From Pseudomonas phage PaBG: a stretch of 64,000 nt of DNA. The stretch is from sequence record KF147891.1. One strand, written 5' to 3'. Positions within the stretch are counted from its first letter, which is position 1; each line of letters starts with the position of its first letter. Positions 46,708-55,805 of the stretch are shown here, in pieces. Both the position numbers and the translations under genes were made by a program. Below the pieces are notes generated by a model that worked only from the letters and a program-made list of their open reading frames with translations, made no database searches and had not been told where the DNA came from.

Positions 46708-47547
46708 TTACTTGACGCTGATATTCGGCATCGCGCCGGGTGCCATGATCACGCACGTGGACTTCGCACACGCATCGCTGTACGCCTTGATGGCGTTGAC
46801 TTGCAGCGACTGTTCGGCGGTGTAGCCCATCTTGTCGGCGTATTCCTTGTCCGCTTCGGCGCGTGCCTTCTCAGACTTCTTACGCTGGATTTCGGCAGCT
46901 TCTTTCGCAACCAGTGTCACAGAACGCTGCTGCTCCGCTGCCGTTTCGTCCAGCTGATCAACCACCTTGTCGTTCGGTCGCCCGCGGCCCATGTTGAAGT
47001 CGGTGATGATGACATTCAGCCCATCGGCCTTGGCACGATCATTCAGGGTCTGCAGGAGTGCCTTCTCGATGTCCGCCGCCACAGTTGCATCAGATAGGAG
47101 CTGGCTCATGGTGTACGACTTTGCCAGATCGCGGAACGTGGACTGCCACGGTGCCATCAGGTTGTTGTCGAACCACTTTTCACCCTTGGTCTGAATGAGC
47201 TGGCGCGCATCCGTCACTCGCACTTGAATGGACGTCGTGTAGTCCAGCAAGTAGTTATCCTTCGTGGGCAAGTCCTCGAAGGGCAGTTCGATACGTTCTG
47301 GCAAGACGTTCACCGGAATGCCCACTGTGGTGAGCCATTCGACGCTTCGACTGCCGGACTTGAGCGTGTAGGGACGTACACCCTCAGCACCCCAGAAGTA
47401 CGGACGATCCACGAGGACAACCTCCTGACCGTTCTCCGCGATGATCGAGTGCTTGAAGAACACCCAGATGACGACTTGGGCTACCACGAACAGGGCAGCC
47501 AGAGCTGCGATCAGCCACACGATAACGTGGCCACGATTGTTGCGCAT
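46708..47547 (-). CDS. SPFH/band-7 (prohibitin/HflKC-like) domain membrane protein
   Basis: N-terminal TM (VIVWLIAALAALFVVAQVVIWVFF), then SPFH-like core and Ala/Lys/Glu-rich coiled-coil tail typical of HflK/HflC/YqiK. Confidence 0.55.
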   Translation of the reverse strand: MRNNRGHVIVWLIAALAALFVVAQVVIWVFFKHSIIAENGQEVVLVDRPYFWGAEGVRPYTLKSGSRSVEWLTTVGIPVNVLPERIELPFEDLPTKDNYLLDYTTSIQVRVTDARQLIQTKGEKWFDNNLMAPWQSTFRDLAKSYTMSQLLSDATVAADIEKALLQTLNDRAKADGLNVIITDFNMGRGRPNDKVVDQLDETAAEQQRSVTLVAKEAAEIQRKKSEKARAEADKEYADKMGYTAEQSLQVNAIKAYSDACAKSTCVIMAPGAMPNISVK

Positions 47548-47564
47548 GTTTGTATTTCCTTGTG

Positions 47565-48224
47565 TTATGGGAAGTATTGCTCGACGATTTTCGCCAGGTG
47601 GATCAGCTTGTTGTTGCGGTGGGTTTTCTCGGTTTGCTCAACCTGCAAGCGCAGGTGCTTGATGTTCTTGTCCAGACGCATGGCATACGACCAGGCATCG
47701 TTGATCTGCGAACGCTCGCTGGACAGCATGCCTTCTTCGATGCGGGCCGTTTCTGGCCCAGGGTGGACGCCGAGGTTGATCAGCGCCTGCCGCAGTTTCG
47801 CTTCCATGACTTCGAGTTTGTGCAAGCTGCCCCAGAAGTAGTCCAGCGGCATCGGCAGAACGGCCTTCAGTTCAGGGTCTTCTTGCAGGCACTCGACGAC
47901 GAGAGTGTAACTTGGGTCAGTCAGCACCGACAGGGGAGGGCAGTTTGCCATTGCTTCGGTCTTGTACCGCACCACTCGGAACCCCAGGGTGTCGAGCATG
48001 ATGTCGGCGTTATCCGCCAGCCAGTTGACATACTTCTCATCGCAACCAACGCGAATGAAAACGCAGCTCAGGTCATGCAACCGATAGATGTCCAGATCGG
48101 CTGGCGGCTGGGACGACAGGAACTGCTGAAACGCAGGGCCATTGCGGTTGAAGATTGCGAGCGCCATGGACTCGATGCGCGGAATCTCACGCTCGATATG
48201 GACGATCGGGTCGTTTGGGTTCAT
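47565..48224 (-). CDS. hypothetical protein
   Basis: 219 aa. Confidence 0.45.
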   Translation of the reverse strand: MNPNDPIVHIEREIPRIESMALAIFNRNGPAFQQFLSSQPPADLDIYRLHDLSCVFIRVGCDEKYVNWLADNADIMLDTLGFRVVRYKTEAMANCPPLSVLTDPSYTLVVECLQEDPELKAVLPMPLDYFWGSLHKLEVMEAKLRQALINLGVHPGPETARIEEGMLSSERSQINDAWSYAMRLDKNIKHLRLQVEQTEKTHRNNKLIHLAKIVEQYFP

Positions 48225-48769
48225 AGCAGTTCCTCGATTGCAGTTTTGATGTCACCACGAATGATCGGTGCCCAGCGTAGATCAGAGAAGCGGCGATTGA
48301 TGAAGGCCAAGTCGTGATCGGATGCGCCGTGCCAGTACGCAAAGCCCATGACGTAGACGCGGAACGCCATATCCATACGCATTTCTTGTTGCATACTCTG
48401 GCTGCCCAAGCGATGATAGCCGAGCGCGTTGATCCGCACATGGGCGTCATCCGGCATGAATCGCTTGAACGTGCGCGAGTGATACATGATTTGGCGCGGC
48501 AGCTCACTCTCGACCAGAAACGGATCGACACCGTCCAGATGCGCCCAGTCCTCGCCGGCTGCTGCGCAAGCAGCCAACCAGTGGATGTTGAGGTACGCCT
48601 CGAGGTCAGACGCGGTCAGGTCAAGTGGCATGCTGCCTGCGAGAATGAGCACATTCGGCACGGCGTTCGCGCACACTTCAAGCTGTTCGTCAAAACCTGT
48701 CCGATGAAATTCGCGGAAGCGGAGCCTGAAGTCGTTCTTGGTCGCGTCTACCCCATCCACTACCTGCAT
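48221..48769 (-). CDS. hypothetical protein (start moved to internal Met)
   Basis: Track ORF extends to 49006, but its first 79 codons are S/T/R low-complexity and overlap the next gene. Met at 48767-48769 gives 182 aa. Confidence 0.4.
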   Translation of the reverse strand: MQVVDGVDATKNDFRLRFREFHRTGFDEQLEVCANAVPNVLILAGSMPLDLTASDLEAYLNIHWLAACAAAGEDWAHLDGVDPFLVESELPRQIMYHSRTFKRFMPDDAHVRINALGYHRLGSQSMQQEMRMDMAFRVYVMGFAYWHGASDHDLAFINRRFSDLRWAPIIRGDIKTAIEELL

Positions 48770-49373
48770 TCGCAAAGCCTGTGCGGCTTCCAGACAGGAC
48801 GCCTTCGTAGTAGTAGAGGAGTTCTCGGCAGAGGGATTGCAAGACACGTTCGACATAGTTGAGCCTGCTTGGGTCCATGTTCGTGAGAGTGCGGAGTTTT
48901 TCTGCGGTGTCCGGGTCCACACGGTACAGTGGACGTATGAGAGCCAACACCGTTTCGATGATCCCTGTGATCGGGTGAAACTTGAGCGTGTGATTCCCCT
49001 GGACATCGCCGTACACTGTCATATCTACCGTGTGATCGACAGTGAATCCGCAGACTTCCGTCAACGAATACACAGCGTCCATGTATTCACGGAACAAGGC
49101 CATGTCCCGAGTAAGCAGCTCAAATTCGAGCTTCGGGAGATTGGATTTTTGAGTGTACGCAGGTGTTGCAGAGTGCCCTGAGTAAAATAGGTCCGGACTT
49201 GGAAACTGAATGTTCACGCTGAACGAACCGCCCAAGCGGCTACAACGCAGAAACAACGTGAACCACTCCACCATGAGCAACGCAGCCGGCTTGTTGTCCT
49301 CGTCGGCCTTGGTTTCAGCCAACTCCTTCAGGACATCTGCTAGCGCCCTTTCGCCTTGCCCGATTGCTTGCAT
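48690..49373 (-). CDS. hypothetical protein
   Basis: 227 aa. Confidence 0.45.
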   Translation of the reverse strand: MQAIGQGERALADVLKELAETKADEDNKPAALLMVEWFTLFLRCSRLGGSFSVNIQFPSPDLFYSGHSATPAYTQKSNLPKLEFELLTRDMALFREYMDAVYSLTEVCGFTVDHTVDMTVYGDVQGNHTLKFHPITGIIETVLALIRPLYRVDPDTAEKLRTLTNMDPSRLNYVERVLQSLCRELLYYYEGVLSGSRTGFANAGSGWGRRDQERLQAPLPRISSDRF

Positions 49374-49732
49374 TTCATCAGCCTCTTGACCTGTTTGATT
49401 ACGGAGTCCCCATGGCAGCGCTCATTCGCGTCGCAGAAGCATACAAGCCGAACGTCATGTCCAGCTTGCAACCACTCCACGATTTTGTTGAGCCTCTCCA
49501 TGATCGCCTTGTCTTTGTGCTTTACACTAAGCTCCAAGGCGGTGTCATACAGGTCGCACACTTCGTCGCGGTTGCCGTCTCGACCGAGCACGTAATCGTT
49601 ACCCAAAGGCGACGGCCTGCCGATGAACTCATCAATCGTCGGAGCTTTTCGTGGGTCCAAAATAACGACAGGACGGCGGCTGTGATTGATCCGACTCAAG
49701 ACGCCAAGGGTGTTGGTTTTGCCGAAAAGCAT
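49340..49732 (-). CDS. DUF4326-family protein
   Basis: 'VRLVCFCDANERCHGDSVI' resembles the CWC...CHG core of DUF4326. Start uncertain (100-nt overlap with upstream ORF). Confidence 0.45.
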   Translation of the reverse strand: MLFGKTNTLGVLSRINHSRRPVVILDPRKAPTIDEFIGRPSPLGNDYVLGRDGNRDEVCDLYDTALELSVKHKDKAIMERLNKIVEWLQAGHDVRLVCFCDANERCHGDSVIKQVKRLMKCKQSGKAKGR

Positions 49733-50306
49733 TTGCTAACTCCGGATCGTGGACCACAAGCTCCACATTCAATTGGTGGTTGGCGATTGAGGCTTCCGTG
49801 TTATTGCGCTCATCGCAGATCACGTCAAAGCCTTTGTTTTCCGAGAGTACGGAGCGAGGCTTGTCGAAGACGTACACCCACGGCATGGTGCGAGTAGGCG
49901 TGTCGTTACTCGTTGCAGTCACGGTGACCACAAGATAACCTTGCGCCAACAAGCCTGCATCCCAGTCCACTTCCGCGACGACAGTGAACGGAGAATGCCC
50001 TTCGTAGCACACGTCGAGAAAACGCTCTATCAAACGATGCAGCGTTTCCTTGGCCGCGTCGGCAGCAACCTCTATCGGTGCGTTCTTGAAACTGGAACGC
50101 AACAACGCCAGAGTTGCGGAGTTTGCCGTGAACAAGGCGTTCATGAAGTACGTCGGTGCTTTCGGACTCTTGGCGTCGTGCAGAATCGCACACAGCGAGC
50201 GCCACGTCTCAGGCATTTCGTCAATCACCCTCTCCGCGTATTGCAGATCGATGAAACGAGCGAGTACGCCACCTGCCTGCGGATCATTACTGAGCACGCC
50301 TAGCAT
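49632..50306 (-). CDS. hypothetical protein
   Basis: 224 aa. Confidence 0.4.
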   Translation of the reverse strand: MLGVLSNDPQAGGVLARFIDLQYAERVIDEMPETWRSLCAILHDAKSPKAPTYFMNALFTANSATLALLRSSFKNAPIEVAADAAKETLHRLIERFLDVCYEGHSPFTVVAEVDWDAGLLAQGYLVVTVTATSNDTPTRTMPWVYVFDKPRSVLSENKGFDVICDERNNTEASIANHQLNVELVVHDPELANAFRQNQHPWRLESDQSQPPSCRYFGPTKSSDD

Positions 50307-50623
50307 TGTGCCTTCTCCAGCGGAGTGATGATAACGGTTCTCTCAGGCTTACCTGCAACGATCTTGGCCCCAGTAAAATCCGGATACTCCGTACGGTGCA
50401 GGTCGTCACGCCACTTGCCGCCTTTGGCTATGACGTTGCGACTGCGCTTGTAGTAGACGCCGCACTTACACGTATGGTCAATCTCGCCGCCGTCACCCGT
50501 GTCGTACTCGTCCGACAGGTAGGTGCGATCCTCGATCAACGCACCGCACTTGCACTGCAGGACATGGATGTGAAGTTGTGGGTACTTAGCTTCCGCCATT
50601 GGCTTCATCCTCTGCCGTTGCAT
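50300..50623 (-). CDS. small zinc-binding protein (CKCG...CKCG), start uncertain
   Basis: 'LQCKCGALIED...HTCKCGVYYKR'. Alternative Met starts at 50608 and 50599. Confidence 0.4.
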   Translation of the reverse strand: MQRQRMKPMAEAKYPQLHIHVLQCKCGALIEDRTYLSDEYDTGDGGEIDHTCKCGVYYKRSRNVIAKGGKWRDDLHRTEYPDFTGAKIVAGKPERTVIITPLEKAQC

Positions 50624-50843
50624 CGAGCAGTGCAGTCAAGCCATCGCGCAGCGCTACTAGGCTTTCTCGATCAGTAACCACACCGGCGCGATGGCCTCCT
50701 TCGAGTTCTATACCGAAGCCGGTGCCCCAGCTATCGTCCCATTTGACGACATCGATGTGACCTCCGCCATTGCCTTCTGGATACGCGCCTTTAAGGGCAA
50801 GATGGAAACCGGGTCGTTTGCTTTTGCGCTCTCGTGTGCTCAT
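50586..50843 (-). CDS. hypothetical protein
   Basis: Start set at internal Met (MSTRERKSK...) to avoid overlap. Confidence 0.35.
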   Translation of the reverse strand: MSTRERKSKRPGFHLALKGAYPEGNGGGHIDVVKWDDSWGTGFGIELEGGHRAGVVTDRESLVALRDGLTALLDATAEDEANGGS

Positions 50844-50847
50844 CGGC

Positions 50848-51651
50848 TCACTTCCTGTTCCGCTTGCGACTCTTGGCTTGCTGTTTCCGCTTCGCCTTGT
50901 TCTTGGCGCGCTGCTTCTCACCAGGCCCTTTCAACGGAGGGTGGCCGGCGTAGTCCCAACCGTTAGACGTATCGACCACTACACGGCCGTCATCCATCTT
51001 AGGCAGAAAACCCAGGCTATCGACGTGTATGACGTACGGCGTCATGCCACGAGCTTTTCCATGGTCGATGTGGCCCACGGTGCCGACATTTGGATGATTT
51101 GCCTGTCGAGCAGTGCGCTCTTCCTCGCCCAGTATGTGAGTCAGGGCGTTTAGGTAGGGCATGGCATTGCGAACTTTTGCCTCGGCATCCGCTACGCTGC
51201 GGTCTTTCGAGGAGTCCCACTCGGTCCATCCGTCACGCGGCTCTCGGGCAAACATCATAAACTCGTGCCAGTCAAGCTCCACATGCCAGTCTTCGGCAAT
51301 GTGTGGAAGCAATGCGATGAACGCATACTGGGTGTTGATGTCCTTGAAACAAGCGTAGAAATCCAACCCACGCCCTTCGAGTACGGTGCGCGGTGCGGCC
51401 TCATCCTCTTCACCGTACGGTGAATTGCGAAAGCCTGGAATAGCCGATGACATTGCACTGGGCACCCAGTCGCCGTAGCTGCTCAGGCAGAGAAAGCGAA
51501 AGGCTTCCGTTTCGGTAATTGCCTCGGGCAAGTCCAAGCTTTCCCACGGCGCGAAGTCGTTGTCCTCGTTTGGTGTGAAGCGTGGCGCCAGCGCAGTCAG
51601 CAGCTCCTCTTTCAAGGTAACGTGACCGCGAATGTGTGCGTAATCACCCAT
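50848..51651 (-). CDS. hypothetical protein with EF-Tu-like G1 motif and Lys/Arg-rich C-terminal tail
   Basis: 'NHPNVGTVGHIDHGKA' versus EF-Tu 'KPHVNVGTIGHVDHGKT'. C-terminus KQRAKNKAKRKQQAKSRKRNRK. Confidence 0.5.
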   Translation of the reverse strand: MGDYAHIRGHVTLKEELLTALAPRFTPNEDNDFAPWESLDLPEAITETEAFRFLCLSSYGDWVPSAMSSAIPGFRNSPYGEEDEAAPRTVLEGRGLDFYACFKDINTQYAFIALLPHIAEDWHVELDWHEFMMFAREPRDGWTEWDSSKDRSVADAEAKVRNAMPYLNALTHILGEEERTARQANHPNVGTVGHIDHGKARGMTPYVIHVDSLGFLPKMDDGRVVVDTSNGWDYAGHPPLKGPGEKQRAKNKAKRKQQAKSRKRNRK

Positions 51652-51964
51652 GATCTTTCCTTGTTCGTATGTTGGTTAGCTCTCGGATTAGGTCGTCCTG
51701 CATCACAGAGAGCGGGCCGCGCAAAGGCGCCAAATGCTTTTCTGGTATGGCGCCAATTTCACTTTCGTAGTTCAGCCCAAATCGATCACTTAGAACGAGC
51801 CTGCCGCGGACGATCCAGACTCGCTCTCGCTTTTCGTTGTCCGTGGTGTGTTCACCGTATCGAACTACAGCGTCAGTGGTACAACGCACCAGCGTGACGC
51901 CACGCATCAGGTTTTCATCGTGCGCTGCCTTAACGATCAACGCTGGATCGCCCACGTTGAACAT
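51644..51964 (-). CDS. hypothetical protein
   Basis: 106 aa. Confidence 0.45.
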   Translation of the reverse strand: MFNVGDPALIVKAAHDENLMRGVTLVRCTTDAVVRYGEHTTDNEKRERVWIVRGRLVLSDRFGLNYESEIGAIPEKHLAPLRGPLSVMQDDLIRELTNIRTRKDHG

Positions 51965-51967
51965 GGC

Positions 51968-52510
51968 TTAGCCCTCGACAGAATCACGCAGGTGCTGCGC
52001 CTGTTCACGGTCGCGCATGGCGTCGATTGTTTCCTGCAGTTCTGCTTCTTTCGCCTTGAGCGTTTCGATTTCTGCAAACTGCGCACGTACCAACCGAGCA
52101 GATTCCTGATACAGGTTGGGTAAGATGTCATCGCCGATGCCAGTGACGTTGCCGACGTTGATCCCGCCCTGCTTGTCGCCTTCTTCGTCGAGTGCATCCA
52201 GAATTTCCTGAATCTGGCTCTGACTGAACCCGTTGAGTTGCAGGTATTGCACTGCGTTGTAGTCGCGCAGGTGATCGATGTCGATGCCGTCGCCTTGGCT
52301 CATGCCGTGAAGCATGTCACCAACAACGCCCACGCTCAGCCACTTGCTGTGATGGAACTCGCTGATCAGGTCATGATACGCTTCACGCAGGCGCGCATTC
52401 ACAACGGCTTCGGAGTTCTCACGCTTACGCGGCCACATGCGAGTGACCACCATGACCAGAATTGCGATAACGACAAACTGCCACAGCGGCAGCGAAAGGG
52501 TATGCTCCAC
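51968..52510 (-). CDS. membrane-anchored protein with coiled-coil C-terminus
   Basis: N-terminal TM WQFVVIAILVMVVT. 'EIETLKAKEAELQETIDAMRDREQ'. Confidence 0.45.
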   Translation of the reverse strand: MEHTLSLPLWQFVVIAILVMVVTRMWPRKRENSEAVVNARLREAYHDLISEFHHSKWLSVGVVGDMLHGMSQGDGIDIDHLRDYNAVQYLQLNGFSQSQIQEILDALDEEGDKQGGINVGNVTGIGDDILPNLYQESARLVRAQFAEIETLKAKEAELQETIDAMRDREQAQHLRDSVEG

Positions 52511-52519
52511 GGCATTCTC

Positions 52520-52723
52520 CTAGTATTGGACGTAGCGTTCTTTGATGAGTTGCTCGGCTTCGCAGTTGCTGTCCATGTAGACCAGCTCGCTGCACTTCGT
52601 TGCACCTGGTGCGTGATCCTGAATGAAGGCTTTACCCAAAGGCATCTGGACGCTACGGTCACTGTTGTAGAACCGCTCACGCCATTTTTCCCAGTCAATC
52701 GCTTTCAAGGTGATCGCACACAT
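52520..52723 (-). CDS. hypothetical small protein
   Basis: 67 aa. Confidence 0.4.
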   Translation of the reverse strand: MCAITLKAIDWEKWRERFYNSDRSVQMPLGKAFIQDHAPGATKCSELVYMDSNCEAEQLIKERYVQY

Positions 52724-52726
52724 TGG

Positions 52727-53224
52727 TTAGTCTCCGTAGACAATGGCCGCCAGATCAAACGAGTCCCGCAGTAAGTTGACAAGCACGCCAGTAGACCCGT
52801 TGAAAGCGTGGGTGAGCCCGTGCTTCTCCACGTAAATCCAACCGTTCGCCTCATTGACGCGCAAGTACGCATCGCCAATACGCGCTACACCGCGATTGCT
52901 CCACTTGATCGGGAAGCGGTCACAGAACAGCGCGTACAGCCACGCTCCGCGATCGGTGTGGATGTGCGGAGCAGCGGTGAAGTGGTTGATGAGTTCACCG
53001 ACCGACGTGATGACGAGCGTGGCAAACATCGCCTTCGGGAACTGATAACGAATGTACGGCCCATCGCCGTTGTGCTCTTGGTGCAACGTACCCAAGAAGC
53101 GCCCATCAGCGTCGTGGATTTCTTCGTCTCGCCGACCGTAGGATTTAACCTGCCAGCCGGCTTCGATCAGAGCGTTCACGATGTCGATGAACGCTTGGGT
53201 CTTGCCTTCGGTCGCTTGTCTCAC
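52727..53224 (-). CDS. hypothetical protein
   Basis: 165 aa. Confidence 0.45.
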   Translation of the reverse strand: MRQATEGKTQAFIDIVNALIEAGWQVKSYGRRDEEIHDADGRFLGTLHQEHNGDGPYIRYQFPKAMFATLVITSVGELINHFTAAPHIHTDRGAWLYALFCDRFPIKWSNRGVARIGDAYLRVNEANGWIYVEKHGLTHAFNGSTGVLVNLLRDSFDLAAIVYGD

Positions 53225-54123
53225 AGGCTACCATCCCATGCCAGTTCAGTGTGTGCGAAGCAGCTATAAAACTGCACCTCGCTCTCATGGTAGAACAGAA
53301 GGTTTGCCTTGCTCTTGAGCTCCTCGTCACCTTCCATGCCGATGGAGTTGCGCATGATCCCAGTGTGCAACTGGAAGTTTCTGGGCTCCATGACCAGCAG
53401 ATACGGAGCTAGAACCTCCAGATCACTCGCACGGATCAGTGCGCGCCCTTGGCGCTGCTCGTTCGTGTTGTCATCGACCATCTTGAGCAACTGCACGTTG
53501 TCGGCCGCACCCGCGTCATCCAGATCACGCAACACACGCGCATCGTCGAACAAGGCAAACACCTCACTAAACTTCTCGCACGCATACCAACGACCTCCGA
53601 ATTGCACAGCGTAGGTGCTGTGCCTCATCGCCGTCTTCCGACGGTCGTTGTGGTAGTTGTTGTAGATGATCTGCGCAAATGGCCGATCCGGAACTTCGCT
53701 GAATGCGATGTTGATGGCTGGGCATGCACGGCGGTTGCCGCTGAACCCAACCATGTCGAAGCGCACGATCTTGGTATGATTCTCGAACAGGAGTTCGGCG
53801 GTCTCCAGCTTCTGGATATGCTGACGCATTGCCTGACGTGCGTGCCGTTGCCGGTGGCGCAGTTCCTGCTCTTTCTTGAAGAACCAAGCCAGTCTCGGAC
53901 CTGCCTGACTCACAGTCACCGTGACGGACTCTGCGCCCATCTGCATGGACACAGCGTAGTTTTGGATGCTGAGCGACACTTGGACGTAGGAGTCCTTGAT
54001 GTCGATGCCTACTTGAAACTCGCCTTGCTCCTTCACGCTGAATTGGCGATTCGGGTAGCGTTGCTTGAACTTCGCGGCGAGTGATTCGGCCGAACTCAGC
54101 AGGCTAGCGTGTGTGCGTTTCAT
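53221..54123 (-). CDS. hypothetical protein
   Basis: 300 aa. Confidence 0.5.
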   Translation of the reverse strand: MKRTHASLLSSAESLAAKFKQRYPNRQFSVKEQGEFQVGIDIKDSYVQVSLSIQNYAVSMQMGAESVTVTVSQAGPRLAWFFKKEQELRHRQRHARQAMRQHIQKLETAELLFENHTKIVRFDMVGFSGNRRACPAINIAFSEVPDRPFAQIIYNNYHNDRRKTAMRHSTYAVQFGGRWYACEKFSEVFALFDDARVLRDLDDAGAADNVQLLKMVDDNTNEQRQGRALIRASDLEVLAPYLLVMEPRNFQLHTGIMRNSIGMEGDEELKSKANLLFYHESEVQFYSCFAHTELAWDGSL

Positions 54124-54134
54124 GATCTGGTACC

Positions 54135-54494
54135 TCAGGTTCCCAACGGCGCATGGTCGCGCAGGTGGTGCATGTTGACGTTGGTGCTCGACCAGTTGTT
54201 CTGCAGGTGACTGATGAGCAGCGCATCCCGAGCGGGTCGAGACTTGACGCCGCCGAGCGATTCACTTTCGCCCCAGCAAGTCACCTTGCCTTTATCGTCG
54301 ATGCTGACGAAGCCTGCCGACAGCACGTTGCCTACGAAGCAATTGTGGTCGTAGCGACGATAAGCAAGCGACACGGAGTCGTACATGCCTTTGTGGGCGA
54401 TGATGTTGGCAAACAGGATGGGCACCTCGTGCTTACCGTTGGCGTCACGGCTTTCAAACTCGACGACGATGTACTTCATTTCCATAGGATGCAC
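54135..54494 (-). CDS. hypothetical protein
   Basis: 119 aa. 'MKYIVVEFESRD...GKVTCWGESESLGG'. Confidence 0.45.
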   Translation of the reverse strand: MHPMEMKYIVVEFESRDANGKHEVPILFANIIAHKGMYDSVSLAYRRYDHNCFVGNVLSAGFVSIDDKGKVTCWGESESLGGVKSRPARDALLISHLQNNWSSTNVNMHHLRDHAPLGT

Positions 54495-54733
54495 CCTCCA
54501 GTGCGCTTTGCAAGTTCGTATGCTACTTCCATGGCGCGGTCACGGTCCTGATACGGCATGCCATCGTAGCAAGTCCAGAAGAGAAGACCTTGACCGCGCA
54601 CTTCCACGTGCCAACCGAAAACGCCGTACGGGTTGTCGTAGTAGCGCACGCGCACTTGCTGTTCGCCGAAGTTCCAAGACCGCAGGGAAAGCTGCAAGTA
54701 GTGCAGCACCATGAACAACCAGTAGACGTTCAT
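54476..54733 (-). CDS. hypothetical small protein
   Basis: 85 aa. Confidence 0.4.
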   Translation of the reverse strand: MNVYWLFMVLHYLQLSLRSWNFGEQQVRVRYYDNPYGVFGWHVEVRGQGLLFWTCYDGMPYQDRDRAMEVAYELAKRTGGCILWK

Positions 54734-54736
54734 AGG

Positions 54737-55153
54737 TTACTCCGGGCGTGTCGGGACAGACACTTCGAGAATGTGGGGTCGAATCGGACCTCCACTTTCC
54801 ATTGGGTAGATGTCCTGCCGAGACTCGAAGCAAATCTCAGCACACAGCTTACCGTTGCGAACAAGCATACGCCGAAGAATGCCGATACCAAGCTCTTCGT
54901 GGAAGACTGCTTCGCCTTCTTCCGGACACCAAGACACCGTACGCTTCTTGACCTCCTGAGTGTCTACGCCTACGACTCGGCCTTCATCTTCCTCGATGGA
55001 ACGTGCCAGACGTGCGATGATTTCGGAGTTCATGCTGCGATGGTGCGTACGGGCAACGTCCGCGATGCGTTCGCGCATGCCATCCGGCAAACGCACGACA
55101 AACTTGTCGGCGCTGCGGCTGTTATACGGCATACGGGATTTCTCGTTATTCAT
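54737..55153 (-). CDS. Arc/MetJ-type ribbon-helix-helix DNA-binding protein with ~85-aa C-terminal extension
   Basis: '[33 protein letters not shown]' is the classic RHH (Arc/Mnt-like) beta-alpha-alpha signature. Confidence 0.7.
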   Translation of the reverse strand: MNNEKSRMPYNSRSADKFVVRLPDGMRERIADVARTHHRSMNSEIIARLARSIEEDEGRVVGVDTQEVKKRTVSWCPEEGEAVFHEELGIGILRRMLVRNGKLCAEICFESRQDIYPMESGGPIRPHILEVSVPTRPE

Positions 55154-55195
55154 AATCTCATCCTAATGGGTGAACGACTTCTGTTTACACAACCA

Positions 55196-55804
55196 TCAGC
55201 GCTTGTTCGCTTCGCAGCACGGGCAGCCTTCGTGCGTGTTCACATTCGGACTTGCAGCGCCCGGGACCGCAGTTGCACGGAACATACGGTTCTCAAACTG
55301 CTTGAAGTGAATGTGCTCTTCCTGCTTGGCGAACACCAACTCACCCGCGCGCAGACCTTCTCCTGCAACGCGGTCAATCCTTCTGTTCCCGGTAGCAATA
55401 ACTACCTTGGTTTTGTGCACCTTCTTGTAGCGCGGAATGATCGTGCAGCCGCGACGCCCAGCTTCCCAGAAATCCATCGGCTGATCGCGCCCAGCTTTGC
55501 CTGCTGCCGTATGCAACTTGGCGTACTTGTCGAGACGCATCTGCCCGACGCTACGGCAGTCGCCTTGCTGCATGAGCACGTTGGTGTAGTAGGAACCGAG
55601 ATACGCCAGACCCCACTTCGTTTCGATGTGATGCTCGCCATTGGCGCTGCGCGTATGGATGATCAGCTTGCCGTTGAGCTTGCCGTAGTAGGTGCTCAGG
55701 ACGTAATGCTTCTCCACGTCACGTCCGTTGTTGAAGTAGATGGTCTGGCCGTAACGCAGCTTGAGCTTGCGATGCCAGCTTTCGGTACGCAGAAGGTTTC
55801 CCAC
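55196..55804 (-). CDS. hypothetical protein
   Basis: 202 aa, C-terminal 'HEGCPCCEANKR'. Confidence 0.45.
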   Translation of the reverse strand: MGNLLRTESWHRKLKLRYGQTIYFNNGRDVEKHYVLSTYYGKLNGKLIIHTRSANGEHHIETKWGLAYLGSYYTNVLMQQGDCRSVGQMRLDKYAKLHTAAGKAGRDQPMDFWEAGRRGCTIIPRYKKVHKTKVVIATGNRRIDRVAGEGLRAGELVFAKQEEHIHFKQFENRMFRATAVPGAASPNVNTHEGCPCCEANKR

Positions 55805-55805
55805 G

